A DNA stretch of 64,000 nt from assembly GCA_963664875.1 (NCBI GenBank), contig OY761611.1:256001-320000 (forward strand), read 5' to 3'. Position 1 is the stretch's first letter, and each line of letters starts with the position of its first letter. The stretch comes from Candidatus Kapaibacterium sp. Lineage in GTDB: Bacteria > Bacteroidota > Ignavibacteria > Kapaibacteriales > UBA2268. The notes beneath the pieces were generated by a model. That model made no database searches. It saw nothing but the letters and a program-made list of their open reading frames with translations, and was not told where the DNA came from. Shown here one piece after another: positions 30,439-40,051 of this stretch. A program made the position numbers and the translations under genes.

Positions 30439-30448
30439 CTATAAATAT

Positions 30449-30763
30449 CTATTCAAATTCTAATAAAAGTTCGCCTTTAGGCACTGTACCGTCTGTTTTT
30501 GCATAAATCTTTTTGATAGTACCTGAAAAAGGAGCTTTTATAGTATTTCTCATTTTCATTGCTTCAAGAACTAATAAGTCTTGAGTTTTGGAAACCTGTT
30601 GACCTTGCTTAACATAAATTTCTCTAATTGTACCCGGGATAAAAGCTATAATATGCTTTTCATTTTTAGGTGCATATTTTTTTCTGTTTTCAAATTTTGT
30701 ATTAAGCTTAGTATTATATTGAGTATCATCAACAACAAGTGATCTCAAATTTTCTATTTTCAT
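30449..30763 (-). CDS. Biotin carboxyl carrier protein (stand-alone)
   Basis: IPGTI..IYVK.G, LEAMKM biotinylation motif. Confidence 0.93.
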   Translation of the reverse strand: MKIENLRSLVVDDTQYNTKLNTKFENRKKYAPKNEKHIIAFIPGTIREIYVKQGQQVSKTQDLLVLEAMKMRNTIKAPFSGTIKKIYAKTDGTVPKGELLLEFE

Positions 30764-30773
30764 GGTTTACTCC

Positions 30774-32318
30774 TTAGAATGGTGGAATACCATGCTTTTT
30801 GTTAGGTAATTGTTCGTTTTTGTTTGCAGACATTTCTAATGCGTGACAGAGATAACCGCGTGTTTCTTCGGGAGAAATAACTGCATCAATAAAGCCATTC
30901 GCAGCAGCAACATAAGGATTTGCAAACTTTTCGGTATATTCTGCTACTTTTTCTTTTCTAACAGCATCTGGATTAGAAGCAGTTGTTATTTCTTTTTTGA
31001 AGATAATATTAGCAGCACCTTCAGGTCCCATTACTGCAATCTCAGCACTTGGCCATGCAAAATAAAAATCCGCACCTAAGTGACGAGAGCACATAGCGAT
31101 GTAACCACCACCATAGGCTTTTCTCAATGTAAGTGTGATTTTAGGAACAGAAGCTTCGCTATACGCATATAAGATTTTCGCACCGTGTCGAATTACACCT
31201 GCATGTTCCTGATCAACACCGGGTAAATACCCAGGTAAATCAACAAGTGTAATAAGTGGGATGTTGAATGCATCGCAATAACGGATAAATCGAGCTGCCT
31301 TATTTGATGAATCCACATCTAATACACCGGCAAGAACTAAAGGTTGATTAGCAACTATACCTACAGTTTCGCCTTTCATACGAGCAAAACCAATAACGAT
31401 ATTAGCAGCAAAGTGTTCCTGTACTTCTAAAAAGTCAGAATCATCAACAAAAGCTTTGATAACGTCCCTTACATCATAAGGCTCTTTCGGATCCTTAGGC
31501 ATAATTTCTTCGATTTTGAAATGTGCTTTAGGAGGTTTAGGAGCAAATTTGTCGGCTTTTTTCTGATTATTCCACGGAATAAACTCCATAAGCTTTTTGA
31601 TTTGCTGAATACATTCCTGCTCGCTTTCTGCGAAAAAGTGAGCATTACCGGAAATTTCTGCCTGCACTCTTGCACCACCAAGATCTTCCATTGAGATTTC
31701 TTCGCCTAACACAGTTTTGATAACTTCAGGTCCGGTGATAAACATTTTCGAGATTTTGTCAACCACAAAAACGAAATCAGTTAGGGCAGGGGAATACACT
31801 GCACCACCTGCGCAAGGACCTAAAATAACTGAAATCTGAGGGATGATTCCGGAAGATTTAGTATTTCTGTAAAAAATTTCTCCATAGCCAGCTAAGGAGT
31901 TTACACCCTCTTGAATACGTGCACCACCACTATCGTTGATGCCAATAAGTGGCATTCCGAGCTTAGCGGCATGGTCCATAATTTTTGTAATTTTACGTGC
32001 ATGAGCTAAACCTAATGAGCCGCCTGCAACAGTAAAATCCTGAGCATAGATACAAACAGGATGACCTGCTACATTACCGGTACCGGTAATAACTCCATCG
32101 CCCGGAAGGAATTTTTTGTCCATACCAAAATCTTTATTGGTATGCTCTACAAATAAATCATACTCGTGAAAAGTTTGGCTGTCAAGAATCGCTTCAATTC
32201 TTTGTCTGGCAGTCATTTTGCCCATAGAATTTTGTTTCTGAACTGCTTGCTCTCCTCCACCTGCTGTTACTTTTTCTTTTCTGGTGAAGAAATCGAGTAT
32301 TTTCTTTGCTAAAGACAT
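30774..32318 (-). CDS. Acyl-CoA carboxyltransferase (PccB/MmdA-like)
   Basis: GKMTARQRI, AQDFTVAGGSLG, DSGGARIQEG, GPCAGGAVYSPA, RKAYGG, IAVMG, KKHGIPPF. Confidence 0.95.
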   Translation of the reverse strand: MSLAKKILDFFTRKEKVTAGGGEQAVQKQNSMGKMTARQRIEAILDSQTFHEYDLFVEHTNKDFGMDKKFLPGDGVITGTGNVAGHPVCIYAQDFTVAGGSLGLAHARKITKIMDHAAKLGMPLIGINDSGGARIQEGVNSLAGYGEIFYRNTKSSGIIPQISVILGPCAGGAVYSPALTDFVFVVDKISKMFITGPEVIKTVLGEEISMEDLGGARVQAEISGNAHFFAESEQECIQQIKKLMEFIPWNNQKKADKFAPKPPKAHFKIEEIMPKDPKEPYDVRDVIKAFVDDSDFLEVQEHFAANIVIGFARMKGETVGIVANQPLVLAGVLDVDSSNKAARFIRYCDAFNIPLITLVDLPGYLPGVDQEHAGVIRHGAKILYAYSEASVPKITLTLRKAYGGGYIAMCSRHLGADFYFAWPSAEIAVMGPEGAANIIFKKEITTASNPDAVRKEKVAEYTEKFANPYVAAANGFIDAVISPEETRGYLCHALEMSANKNEQLPNKKHGIPPF

Positions 32319-32399
32319 AGCTTACCCTAAAAAAGCTTTTACAATATTTTGCTAATATAAGAAACTTTTTAGCTTTAACAACAATCCTTTTTTTAACGA

Positions 32400-32427
32400 C
32401 TTAACAGAAAGTTCTCTATCTGTTAAG
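32400..32427. promoter_or_regulatory. Inverted repeat, candidate operator upstream of the carboxyltransferase operon
   Basis: CTTAACAGA-N10-TCTGTTAAG, with extra TTAAC copies near 32375 and 32393. Confidence 0.4.
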
Positions 32428-32608
32428 ATAGGTCTAACTAAAACATAAAAATATAGGGAAAGCAAAAAAAAGGAATTAAGTTCACAAATACAGGATTATA
32501 TAGATTATAAGCTGATATGCAAGAGTGTATAAAAAAGAATATGTGTTCACTAATGAATGAAAGAAGTAATAGGATTGATATGTCTAAAATAAGCATTAAA
32601 TATTCTTA

Positions 32609-32645
32609 AAGAGCCGAGTCGAATAAATGAATCTCCCCGGCTCTT
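32609..32645 (-). terminator. Hairpin after lplA, probable terminator
   Basis: Minus strand AAGAGCCGGG...CTCGGCTCTTT, large loop, short U-tract. Confidence 0.55.
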
Positions 32646-32656
32646 GTAAATTTATG

Positions 32657-33637
32657 TTAGAACATCCCAGATATAAGCTCGTCGAGATTTGCACCTTTGA
32701 CGAAATCTGAAATATTTATATTGGCTAAAGCTTGTCTTATCGCATTCTCTTCATGTGGTAAATCCGGAAGGAGGCTTTCGAGTTCTGCAATATCCTTTTT
32801 GTTGAAGAAATCTCCATAAATTTTTGCATTTTTTATTATTCCTTTATCTACTTCCAAATGCAGCTCAACGTTACCACCGGAAGTTTTAAAACCTTGCGAA
32901 AAGTTATATTTTGCCGTATAGCCAAAATTCCATTCCCAAGTTGAATATTTTTCTTGTGCTAATTTATTGATAGATTCAACATCTTGTTCCGATATTTCAT
33001 AGATCTTCGAATCAGCATACATATTTTGTATGTGGTTCATTATTTTTTGGGTAAACTCATCTAAAGTTATTTGATTAGGTAAATGTTCACTGATATTTGT
33101 TACTCTTGACCTGACAGATTTTACAGCTTTATCCTGAAATTTTAAAGGATTGACCTTCAAAGATTTGGTCAAATCTTTCATTTCTGAAGAAAAAAGCAAA
33201 GTCCCATGATGAAGGACACGATTTTTGAAAACGTGCTCTGCATTTCCGGAAAACTTCTTGCCATCAATGGTCAAATCGTTTCTCCCTTCAAAGCGTGCAT
33301 CTATTCCAAGCCCTTTTAACACATCAAGAATGGGTTGTGTATATTTTCTGAAATCTACTAATTTCTCAGCATCGCCGGTTTGAATAAAAGTAAAATTTAG
33401 ATTGCCTAAGTCATGAAAAACAGCACCCCCGCCGGATAAACGTCTTACAACCGGGATATTATTTTCTTTTATATAATCTAAATTTATCTCAGCAAGTGTG
33501 TTTTGGTGTTTGCCCACAATAACTGCCGGTTTATTTCTCCAAAGCATAAATATATCTTCGGTATAGTTTTTGAAGAAGTGTTCTTCAGTTGCCATATTTA
33601 TATATGGATCATTACTGGGATTATAAATACAAAGCAT
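32657..33637 (-). CDS. lplA: Lipoate-protein ligase A
   Basis: VGKHQN, RRLSGGGAVFHDLGN, GRNDL, KFSGNA, HHGTLL, KSVRSRV, WEWNFG. Confidence 0.95.
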   Translation of the reverse strand: MLCIYNPSNDPYINMATEEHFFKNYTEDIFMLWRNKPAVIVGKHQNTLAEINLDYIKENNIPVVRRLSGGGAVFHDLGNLNFTFIQTGDAEKLVDFRKYTQPILDVLKGLGIDARFEGRNDLTIDGKKFSGNAEHVFKNRVLHHGTLLFSSEMKDLTKSLKVNPLKFQDKAVKSVRSRVTNISEHLPNQITLDEFTQKIMNHIQNMYADSKIYEISEQDVESINKLAQEKYSTWEWNFGYTAKYNFSQGFKTSGGNVELHLEVDKGIIKNAKIYGDFFNKKDIAELESLLPDLPHEENAIRQALANINISDFVKGANLDELISGMF

Positions 33638-33838
33638 ATAGAAGAGTTCCTTGTCTTTTATTTAATTTCAACTGAGAGTCTAACGAAATAGAAATAAGTT
33701 TATTTAATATAGCTAAAAATGAGGAAAAACATATAAAAGTTCTCTATTTTAAGAAAGAGTTAAGAATCAAAGGATTTTTGAAACATAAAGATATAAACAA
33801 CGTATAAATCGAATGCTGAAATAATATCGAGTAGAAAA

Positions 33839-35128
33839 ATGAAAAAAAAGATGCTTATTAGTATAGCTTTAGTGGCGATAGCCGGTATAGCTAGTTATTA
33901 CTTTTACTTTTCCGACGAAGTGGTAAACCACGTTACAGTAAAACCTACATTTGGAGACTTTGAAGTAGTTGTAAATACTACCGGAGAGCTTCGGGCAAAA
34001 AATTCGACTGACATACTTGGTCCAAGCGAAGCACAGAAAATCGGAATTTACAATATGAAAATTACCAATCTAATTGACGAAGGTACTCATGTGAAAGCCG
34101 GTGAATTTGTTGCTGAGCTTGATAAATCTGAGATAACAAATAAAATCAAAGAAATTGAGCTGAATATCCAAAAGTATGAATCGCAATACAAGCAGAAAAG
34201 TTTGGACTCTTCTTTGAATTTATCGCAGGCGAGAGACAATCTTGAAAACATGAAATACTCACTTGAAGAAAAAAAACTGCAACTCGAACAATCAAAATAC
34301 GAACCACCTGCAACCATAAGACAAGCTGAAATTGCTTATGACAAAGAGCTCCGCAGTTATAACCAATCTAAGAAAAATTACTCTACCAAAGTTGAGCAAG
34401 CCAAAACAGAGCTTTCTATTGTAGGTACTGATTTGGCTAAAGAAAGACAAAAACTTGCATTGCTGGTGGAATTACAACAGCAATTTACTATTCTTGCTCC
34501 CTCAGATGGGATGGTCATTTACGCTAAGGAATGGGGTGGAAGACGAAGAGTAGTAGGTTCAAGTATAAGTCCTTGGAATCCTGTTGTTGCAAACCTGCCG
34601 GATTTGTCAATTATGGAGTCTTTGACTTATGTAAATGAGTTAGATATTCAAAAAGTTAAGATTGGTCAAAAAGTTGAAATAGCATTAGATGCTGATTCTG
34701 ACAAAAAACTGACCGGTGAAGTTACGAAAGTAGCAAACATTGGCGAAGACATGGAAGATAGAGATTCTAAAGTATTCGAGGTAGTTATTAAAATCAATGA
34801 AAAAGACACTACATTGTTGCCATCGATGACAACATCAAACAGAATATTAATAGAAAAAATAAAAAATGTGCTTTCTATCCCGCTTGATGCCCTACATTCA
34901 GAACTAAAAGATGACAACAAGATTCAATATGTTTTTCTAAAAAAAGGTGGCACTGTAGTAAGACAACAAGTCAAAACCGGCAAAATGAATGACGATATGA
35001 TTGTAATTGAAGATGGGCTAAATAAAGAAGATGAGATATTGCTTACAGCACCGGAAGATTCTAAAGATATGAAAATGGTATTTTTAGAAGATAGATCAGC
35101 AAAATCAAAAATTGAAAATAAGGAGTAA
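33839..35128 (+). CDS. Efflux periplasmic adaptor subunit (MacA/HlyD-like)
   Basis: N-terminal TM, GELRA, long coiled coil, ILAPSDGMV, VNELDI..VKIGQ, LLPSMT. Confidence 0.9.
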   Translation: MKKKMLISIALVAIAGIASYYFYFSDEVVNHVTVKPTFGDFEVVVNTTGELRAKNSTDILGPSEAQKIGIYNMKITNLIDEGTHVKAGEFVAELDKSEITNKIKEIELNIQKYESQYKQKSLDSSLNLSQARDNLENMKYSLEEKKLQLEQSKYEPPATIRQAEIAYDKELRSYNQSKKNYSTKVEQAKTELSIVGTDLAKERQKLALLVELQQQFTILAPSDGMVIYAKEWGGRRRVVGSSISPWNPVVANLPDLSIMESLTYVNELDIQKVKIGQKVEIALDADSDKKLTGEVTKVANIGEDMEDRDSKVFEVVIKINEKDTTLLPSMTTSNRILIEKIKNVLSIPLDALHSELKDDNKIQYVFLKKGGTVVRQQVKTGKMNDDMIVIEDGLNKEDEILLTAPEDSKDMKMVFLEDRSAKSKIENKE

Positions 35129-35136
35129 TTATCCTT

Positions 35137-36474
35137 ATGCTAAAAACTCTAAGTTATAACATCAGAATTGCAAATGAAGCAATACTGCAAAACAAAACAC
35201 GATCATTTCTGACTTCTCTGGGGATTATTTTTGGCGTAGCTTCGGTGATTACTATGTTAGCGATTGGTAAAGGCGCTGAGCAGGAAATTTTAGAAAAAAT
35301 GAAAGTTCTCGGCACTAATAACATAATCGTTAAGCCAATCAAAAAGCAAATAAACGGTGCTGAAAATGATCAGCAGAAAGAAGAAGAAGTGTCAGACAAA
35401 AAAGAAGCAGGGGCAAAAAAATACTCTCCGGGGCTGACTATTACAGATGCAGAAAGCATTCAAAAAATAGTTCCCGGTGTTGAGGCAGTGATTCCTGAAA
35501 TAATCTTCGAACAAAAAGCAATTAGAAATAGCTACAATACAAGGGCTAACCTGATTGGTATTGAATCTTCTTATTTTAAAGGTAAAAACACAAGTATCAT
35601 TGGAAATGGATTTAGTAAAGTCAATCACACTAATGCAGATCCTGTTTGTATCATTGGAGATGAAATCTCAAAAAAATTATTTCCTACCGAAAAGCCATTA
35701 GGAAAATCTTTAAAGATAAATGATGTGTGGTTCAAAGTAGTAGGGATAGTTGCTTCCAGAAACATATCCAAAGACAACGCTAAGAGCTTGGGAGTTAGAA
35801 ACTATGACTCTGATATCTACATTCCAATCAATACAATGCTGATGAGAATTGAGAACAGAAGTAAACTGACTTCTCTTGATGTTAGACAAGGCTATAAAAG
35901 AAGTTCTATGAACACAGGCAATTATCACCAGTTAGACCAACTTACAGTAAGAGTGAAAAATACTGATGAAATACAAACGGTAGCAGAAATTATAAAAAAA
36001 ATGCTCACTCGAAGACATAACGGAGTTGAGGATTTTGAAATGGTAATCCCTGAACTGCTACTGAAACAAGAGCAGGATACAAAACAAATATTCAATTTTG
36101 TGCTCGGAGCTATTGCTTCCATATCGTTGATAGTTGGTGGTATTGGTATCATGAACATTATGCTTGCTTCTGTTCTTGAAAGAACAAAAGAAATTGGGAT
36201 TAGAATGGCAGTTGGAGCCAAAAAGACTGATGTTATGACACAATTTCTTTCGGAAGCCGTAGCAATTAGTATTAGTGGAGGAATAATAGGAATAATCCTA
36301 GGTATCTCTGCAAGCTATGCGATTGAAATGTCCACAGAAATCAAGACATTTGTTTCGGTATGGTCAGTTTTAATTTCGTTTGTGGTGAGTATCAGTGTTG
36401 GTTTGATTTTCGGAATATTGCCTGCAAAAAAGGCAGCTAATCAAGATCCTATTGATTTACTAAGGTATGAATAA
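35137..36474 (+). CDS. MacB-type ABC transporter permease (no nucleotide-binding domain)
   Basis: RSFLTSLGIIFGVASVI, ISLIVGGIGIMNIM, ERTKEIGIRMAVGA, PAKKAA..DPI..LRYE. Confidence 0.93.
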   Translation: MLKTLSYNIRIANEAILQNKTRSFLTSLGIIFGVASVITMLAIGKGAEQEILEKMKVLGTNNIIVKPIKKQINGAENDQQKEEEVSDKKEAGAKKYSPGLTITDAESIQKIVPGVEAVIPEIIFEQKAIRNSYNTRANLIGIESSYFKGKNTSIIGNGFSKVNHTNADPVCIIGDEISKKLFPTEKPLGKSLKINDVWFKVVGIVASRNISKDNAKSLGVRNYDSDIYIPINTMLMRIENRSKLTSLDVRQGYKRSSMNTGNYHQLDQLTVRVKNTDEIQTVAEIIKKMLTRRHNGVEDFEMVIPELLLKQEQDTKQIFNFVLGAIASISLIVGGIGIMNIMLASVLERTKEIGIRMAVGAKKTDVMTQFLSEAVAISISGGIIGIILGISASYAIEMSTEIKTFVSVWSVLISFVVSISVGLIFGILPAKKAANQDPIDLLRYE

Positions 36475-37940
36475 TGAAGTGGAAATTTAGAGTTTTACTG
36501 ATTTTTCTGTTTATTCCTCAATTTTTATTTCCAATGGAAATGAATTTACAGGAGTGTATAAATTTTGCTCAAAAGAAAAGTGCAGCAGCGAAAGTTGCTG
36601 AAAAGAATTTTATTGCAAGTATTATGAATTATCAAGGTTTCAAAGCCTCATATTTACCTCAATTTACATTGTCCGGCTCAGCACCGGGTGTAGAAAGAGC
36701 AATTTCTCCTGTAGTCCAACCTGATGGTTCGGAAGCATTTAGAGCAAGGAACAGATGGTATTCAAATTTGAATGTACAAATGACTCAAAAATGGGCTTTA
36801 ACGGGTACTCAGTTTTATGTTGCTTCGAACATTAGTAGAATAGATCTATATGGAGATTATTCTGACAATTATTGGTCTGCAACTCCTATTCAGATAGGTA
36901 TTACTCAACCGCTTTTTAAAGTTAATACCTACGCATGGGATAATATCATTGAAGATATGAATTACCAAAATATGAAAAAAACTTATACAGAAAGTATGGA
37001 AGGGATAGCAATAGATGTTACTTCAAGGTTTTTTGATCTCTATATAGCTGAAATGAATCTGAAAAATGCTAAATTCAATAAATTGAATAACGACACGCTT
37101 TATATGCTGTCGCAGGGCAGGTATGAAGTAGGAAAGATTGCAGAAAATGAACTGTTGCAAGCTGAACTGAATAAACTTCAGAGTGAAGTAGCTTTAGAAT
37201 CTGCTTATCTCAATTATGATATGGTCGTAAATGACTTTAAAATATATATGGGAATTGCTCCCGAAGATGAAATAAGTATAGTACCTGAAACTCAGTTTGA
37301 TATGTTTGATGTAAATCCTGAAGTAGCTATGAAGCAAGCAGTAAAAAACAGAAGCGACTTTACGACTTATATCATTAGAGAAGAGCAGGCAAAAAAAAAT
37401 CTTGAGATGGCAATAAGTAATAACAGCTTTACAGCAGATATCTCAGCCTCATTTGGTATGAATCAAACAGCAGGCGGAATAAACGATGTATATAAAGATT
37501 TGTTGGATCAGGAAAGGTTTGACATTAGGTTTTCAGTACCTCTTTTCCAATGGGGAAAATCTGATGCTGAAATTGAGGCAGCTTTAGCTAATAAAGAACA
37601 AACTGAAATAACTAACAAACAGAATAAGAAACAATTTGAATCGCAGGTAAAATTCCAAACCTTGTCTTTTAAACAGTTGCAAAAGCAAGTCGCACTTGAT
37701 GCAAAAGCAGACACAATTGCTCAAAAAAGGTTCGACGTTGCATATAAAAGATTTATGATAGGGAAAATTGATATGAATGATTTGTTCCTTGCCCAAAGAG
37801 AAAAAGATCAAGCTTTTCAATCTTACATATCGACACTTAAAAATTACTGGGTATCTTACTATCAGCTAAGAAGGACTACATTGTACGATTTTAAAACAAA
37901 TTCAGTGATTGAATATAAACTTTCAGCTTTTAAAAAATAG
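36474..37940 (+). CDS. TolC-family outer membrane channel
   Basis: Signal peptide, YLPQFTL, ITQPLF, RYEVGKI, SVPLFQWG; TAATG overlap with permease. Confidence 0.9.
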   Translation: MKWKFRVLLIFLFIPQFLFPMEMNLQECINFAQKKSAAAKVAEKNFIASIMNYQGFKASYLPQFTLSGSAPGVERAISPVVQPDGSEAFRARNRWYSNLNVQMTQKWALTGTQFYVASNISRIDLYGDYSDNYWSATPIQIGITQPLFKVNTYAWDNIIEDMNYQNMKKTYTESMEGIAIDVTSRFFDLYIAEMNLKNAKFNKLNNDTLYMLSQGRYEVGKIAENELLQAELNKLQSEVALESAYLNYDMVVNDFKIYMGIAPEDEISIVPETQFDMFDVNPEVAMKQAVKNRSDFTTYIIREEQAKKNLEMAISNNSFTADISASFGMNQTAGGINDVYKDLLDQERFDIRFSVPLFQWGKSDAEIEAALANKEQTEITNKQNKKQFESQVKFQTLSFKQLQKQVALDAKADTIAQKRFDVAYKRFMIGKIDMNDLFLAQREKDQAFQSYISTLKNYWVSYYQLRRTTLYDFKTNSVIEYKLSAFKK

Positions 37941-37987
37941 TTTATTATATTACTATTTTTTAGATATATAACTATTCCGGTTAGGAA

Positions 37988-40051
37988 ATGAGCGAACTCT
38001 TGCATAAAATATGTGTCGATTTTTTGTTTGAGACAAACACAAAATCTTTGTATCTCATTAAATCATTTAAAGAAAACTTTTTAGTAGAATTTCATGCGGA
38101 ACGAGACAGAATCAATTATGATATTGTTGATATTCCGCATGATATTAGAATACTTGTAACAACATATATTAAATCAAAAGAAAAGGTAGAAGATTTAGTT
38201 TACTCCAAAGAATTAGACAAGCTCGGAAATAAGTATGTAGTAGTCCCAATATCTGCAAAAGAGCACATAAAAACCTATCTTTTGATTGAAAAAATAAATC
38301 AGGATTTTGATAAAGATAATATTGATTTTTTCAAATCGCTCAACTACTTAATAGAGACAATTTTTACTCTGTACAACAAAGACAAATCTGTTGAAAAGCC
38401 TCATTATAATTCTTCGGATTTTCATTTCAACCCTGAAATATTTGACTATCCTTGTATTTTAATCAGTGCTTTTGATTCTAAAGCTAATAATGCGTTTCAG
38501 CAGAAATTTGGATTATGTCATAGCGTAACCGATTTGAATTCAAGAGAACTAATACCCAATGAAATATTCGATTTGCTTAAAGAAAATATAAAATATTCAG
38601 ATAGTTACATTTTGGATTTCCCCGAAGAATCATATCAGGTTATTTTAAGCAAAAACGATTTTGGAACCGTTTTGCAGCTCATTCCAATTGACAATATGTC
38701 AATTCCCAAAGTAAAGCATGAGACTTATACTTTTTTCAGTGGTCTTAGCCACGAATTGCGTACTCCACTTAATTCAATTATGGGCTATTCTCAACTATTA
38801 TCTACAGATAAATCACTTACACCTGAAAATCAGACAATAGTCGGGCATATCCGTAACAGTGGTGATACTTTACTCCAACTTATAAACGATTTGCTTGACT
38901 TTAGCAGAATAAATTCAGGAAATTATCAACCTAAAATATCAGAAATTCCTTCTTCGGTATTTTTTGAAAGAACAATTAGAAAAGCATTTGAAGAAGCGAA
39001 TTCGAGTATTGAACAGTTTACAAAAATTGACCATAATGTACCTCAGGTATTGATAGGAGATAAAAATCTTTTAAACAGAATTATTACTGCTATAATTGCT
39101 AATGCCATTAAAAATACACAAAAGGGTTTTGTTCGTGCTGAACTTAACTTAATTGGTAAAACGGAAGATAAAGCAATAATAAAATTTGAAGTTAGCGATA
39201 GCGGTAACGGTTTCAAAGATGATGAATTGCGAGTATTATTAAACGAATCAGATGTACCTCTTCAGTCAAAAATCTTATATGCTTATAAACGATTGATTAG
39301 GATTATTAGATTTCTTGGCGGTCGTGTCTATATGGATAGCAAAGTTCAAATTGGAACTAATTTCGGTTTTGTGATAGAACTTCCATACAAAAAAAATGTA
39401 GTACAAACTGCCAATATTTATAGTGAAATTGTAAATTACGAAGGGCCAATCAAGAAAATACTAATAGTTGATGACGATTTTAAAAACAGATTGCTTTTGA
39501 CTACGGTGCTTTCTCCTATTGGATTTGACTTGCAAGAAGCAGAAGATGGTATCGAAGCTATCAAAATTGCCAAATCATTTTTCCCTGATCTTGTATTGAT
39601 TGATTACTTTATGCCCGGTATGAACGGTGCTGAGGCAGCAAAGAATATTCAAAACATTGATGAAGATATTAAAATTCTAATTATCACAGGTAGAGAGCTC
39701 GAAACTGCGAATGATGAAACTTCTTATGATTATATATTGAAACCTTACGATTTTAATATACTTTTTGAAAAGATAAAAAATTATCTAAATATAAATTGGG
39801 TATATGAAAAACAGGAAAAGACAATTCCTTCCAAGGGCAACATTGTCATTTATCCTGATAGAGACATCCTTGTAGAATTGTATCAAAATGCTCTGATAGG
39901 AGATATCAGGAGCCTTACTGCCATATTAGATAAGTTAGACGCTTCAGACTCAAAATATACTGCATTTACATCTCGCATTCGTGAGTATGCAGCCAAATTT
40001 AAAATGAAAAGTATTAGAGAAATGTTACGTCCAAATATTGAAGAGCTATGA
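37988..40051 (+). CDS. Hybrid histidine kinase/receiver with degenerate ATPase domain
   Basis: SHELRTPLN H-box, NAIKNT, DSGNG, no G2 box; REC ILIVDD / LIDYFMP / KPY; C-terminal helical domain. Confidence 0.85.
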   Translation: MSELLHKICVDFLFETNTKSLYLIKSFKENFLVEFHAERDRINYDIVDIPHDIRILVTTYIKSKEKVEDLVYSKELDKLGNKYVVVPISAKEHIKTYLLIEKINQDFDKDNIDFFKSLNYLIETIFTLYNKDKSVEKPHYNSSDFHFNPEIFDYPCILISAFDSKANNAFQQKFGLCHSVTDLNSRELIPNEIFDLLKENIKYSDSYILDFPEESYQVILSKNDFGTVLQLIPIDNMSIPKVKHETYTFFSGLSHELRTPLNSIMGYSQLLSTDKSLTPENQTIVGHIRNSGDTLLQLINDLLDFSRINSGNYQPKISEIPSSVFFERTIRKAFEEANSSIEQFTKIDHNVPQVLIGDKNLLNRIITAIIANAIKNTQKGFVRAELNLIGKTEDKAIIKFEVSDSGNGFKDDELRVLLNESDVPLQSKILYAYKRLIRIIRFLGGRVYMDSKVQIGTNFGFVIELPYKKNVVQTANIYSEIVNYEGPIKKILIVDDDFKNRLLLTTVLSPIGFDLQEAEDGIEAIKIAKSFFPDLVLIDYFMPGMNGAEAAKNIQNIDEDIKILIITGRELETANDETSYDYILKPYDFNILFEKIKNYLNINWVYEKQEKTIPSKGNIVIYPDRDILVELYQNALIGDIRSLTAILDKLDASDSKYTAFTSRIREYAAKFKMKSIREMLRPNIEEL

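Noticed and set aside
32319-32656. Longest intergenic gap as possible tRNA, ncRNA or CRISPR array
   Set aside because: No cloverleaf, no repeat-spacer periodicity; only a terminator-like hairpin and an inverted repeat
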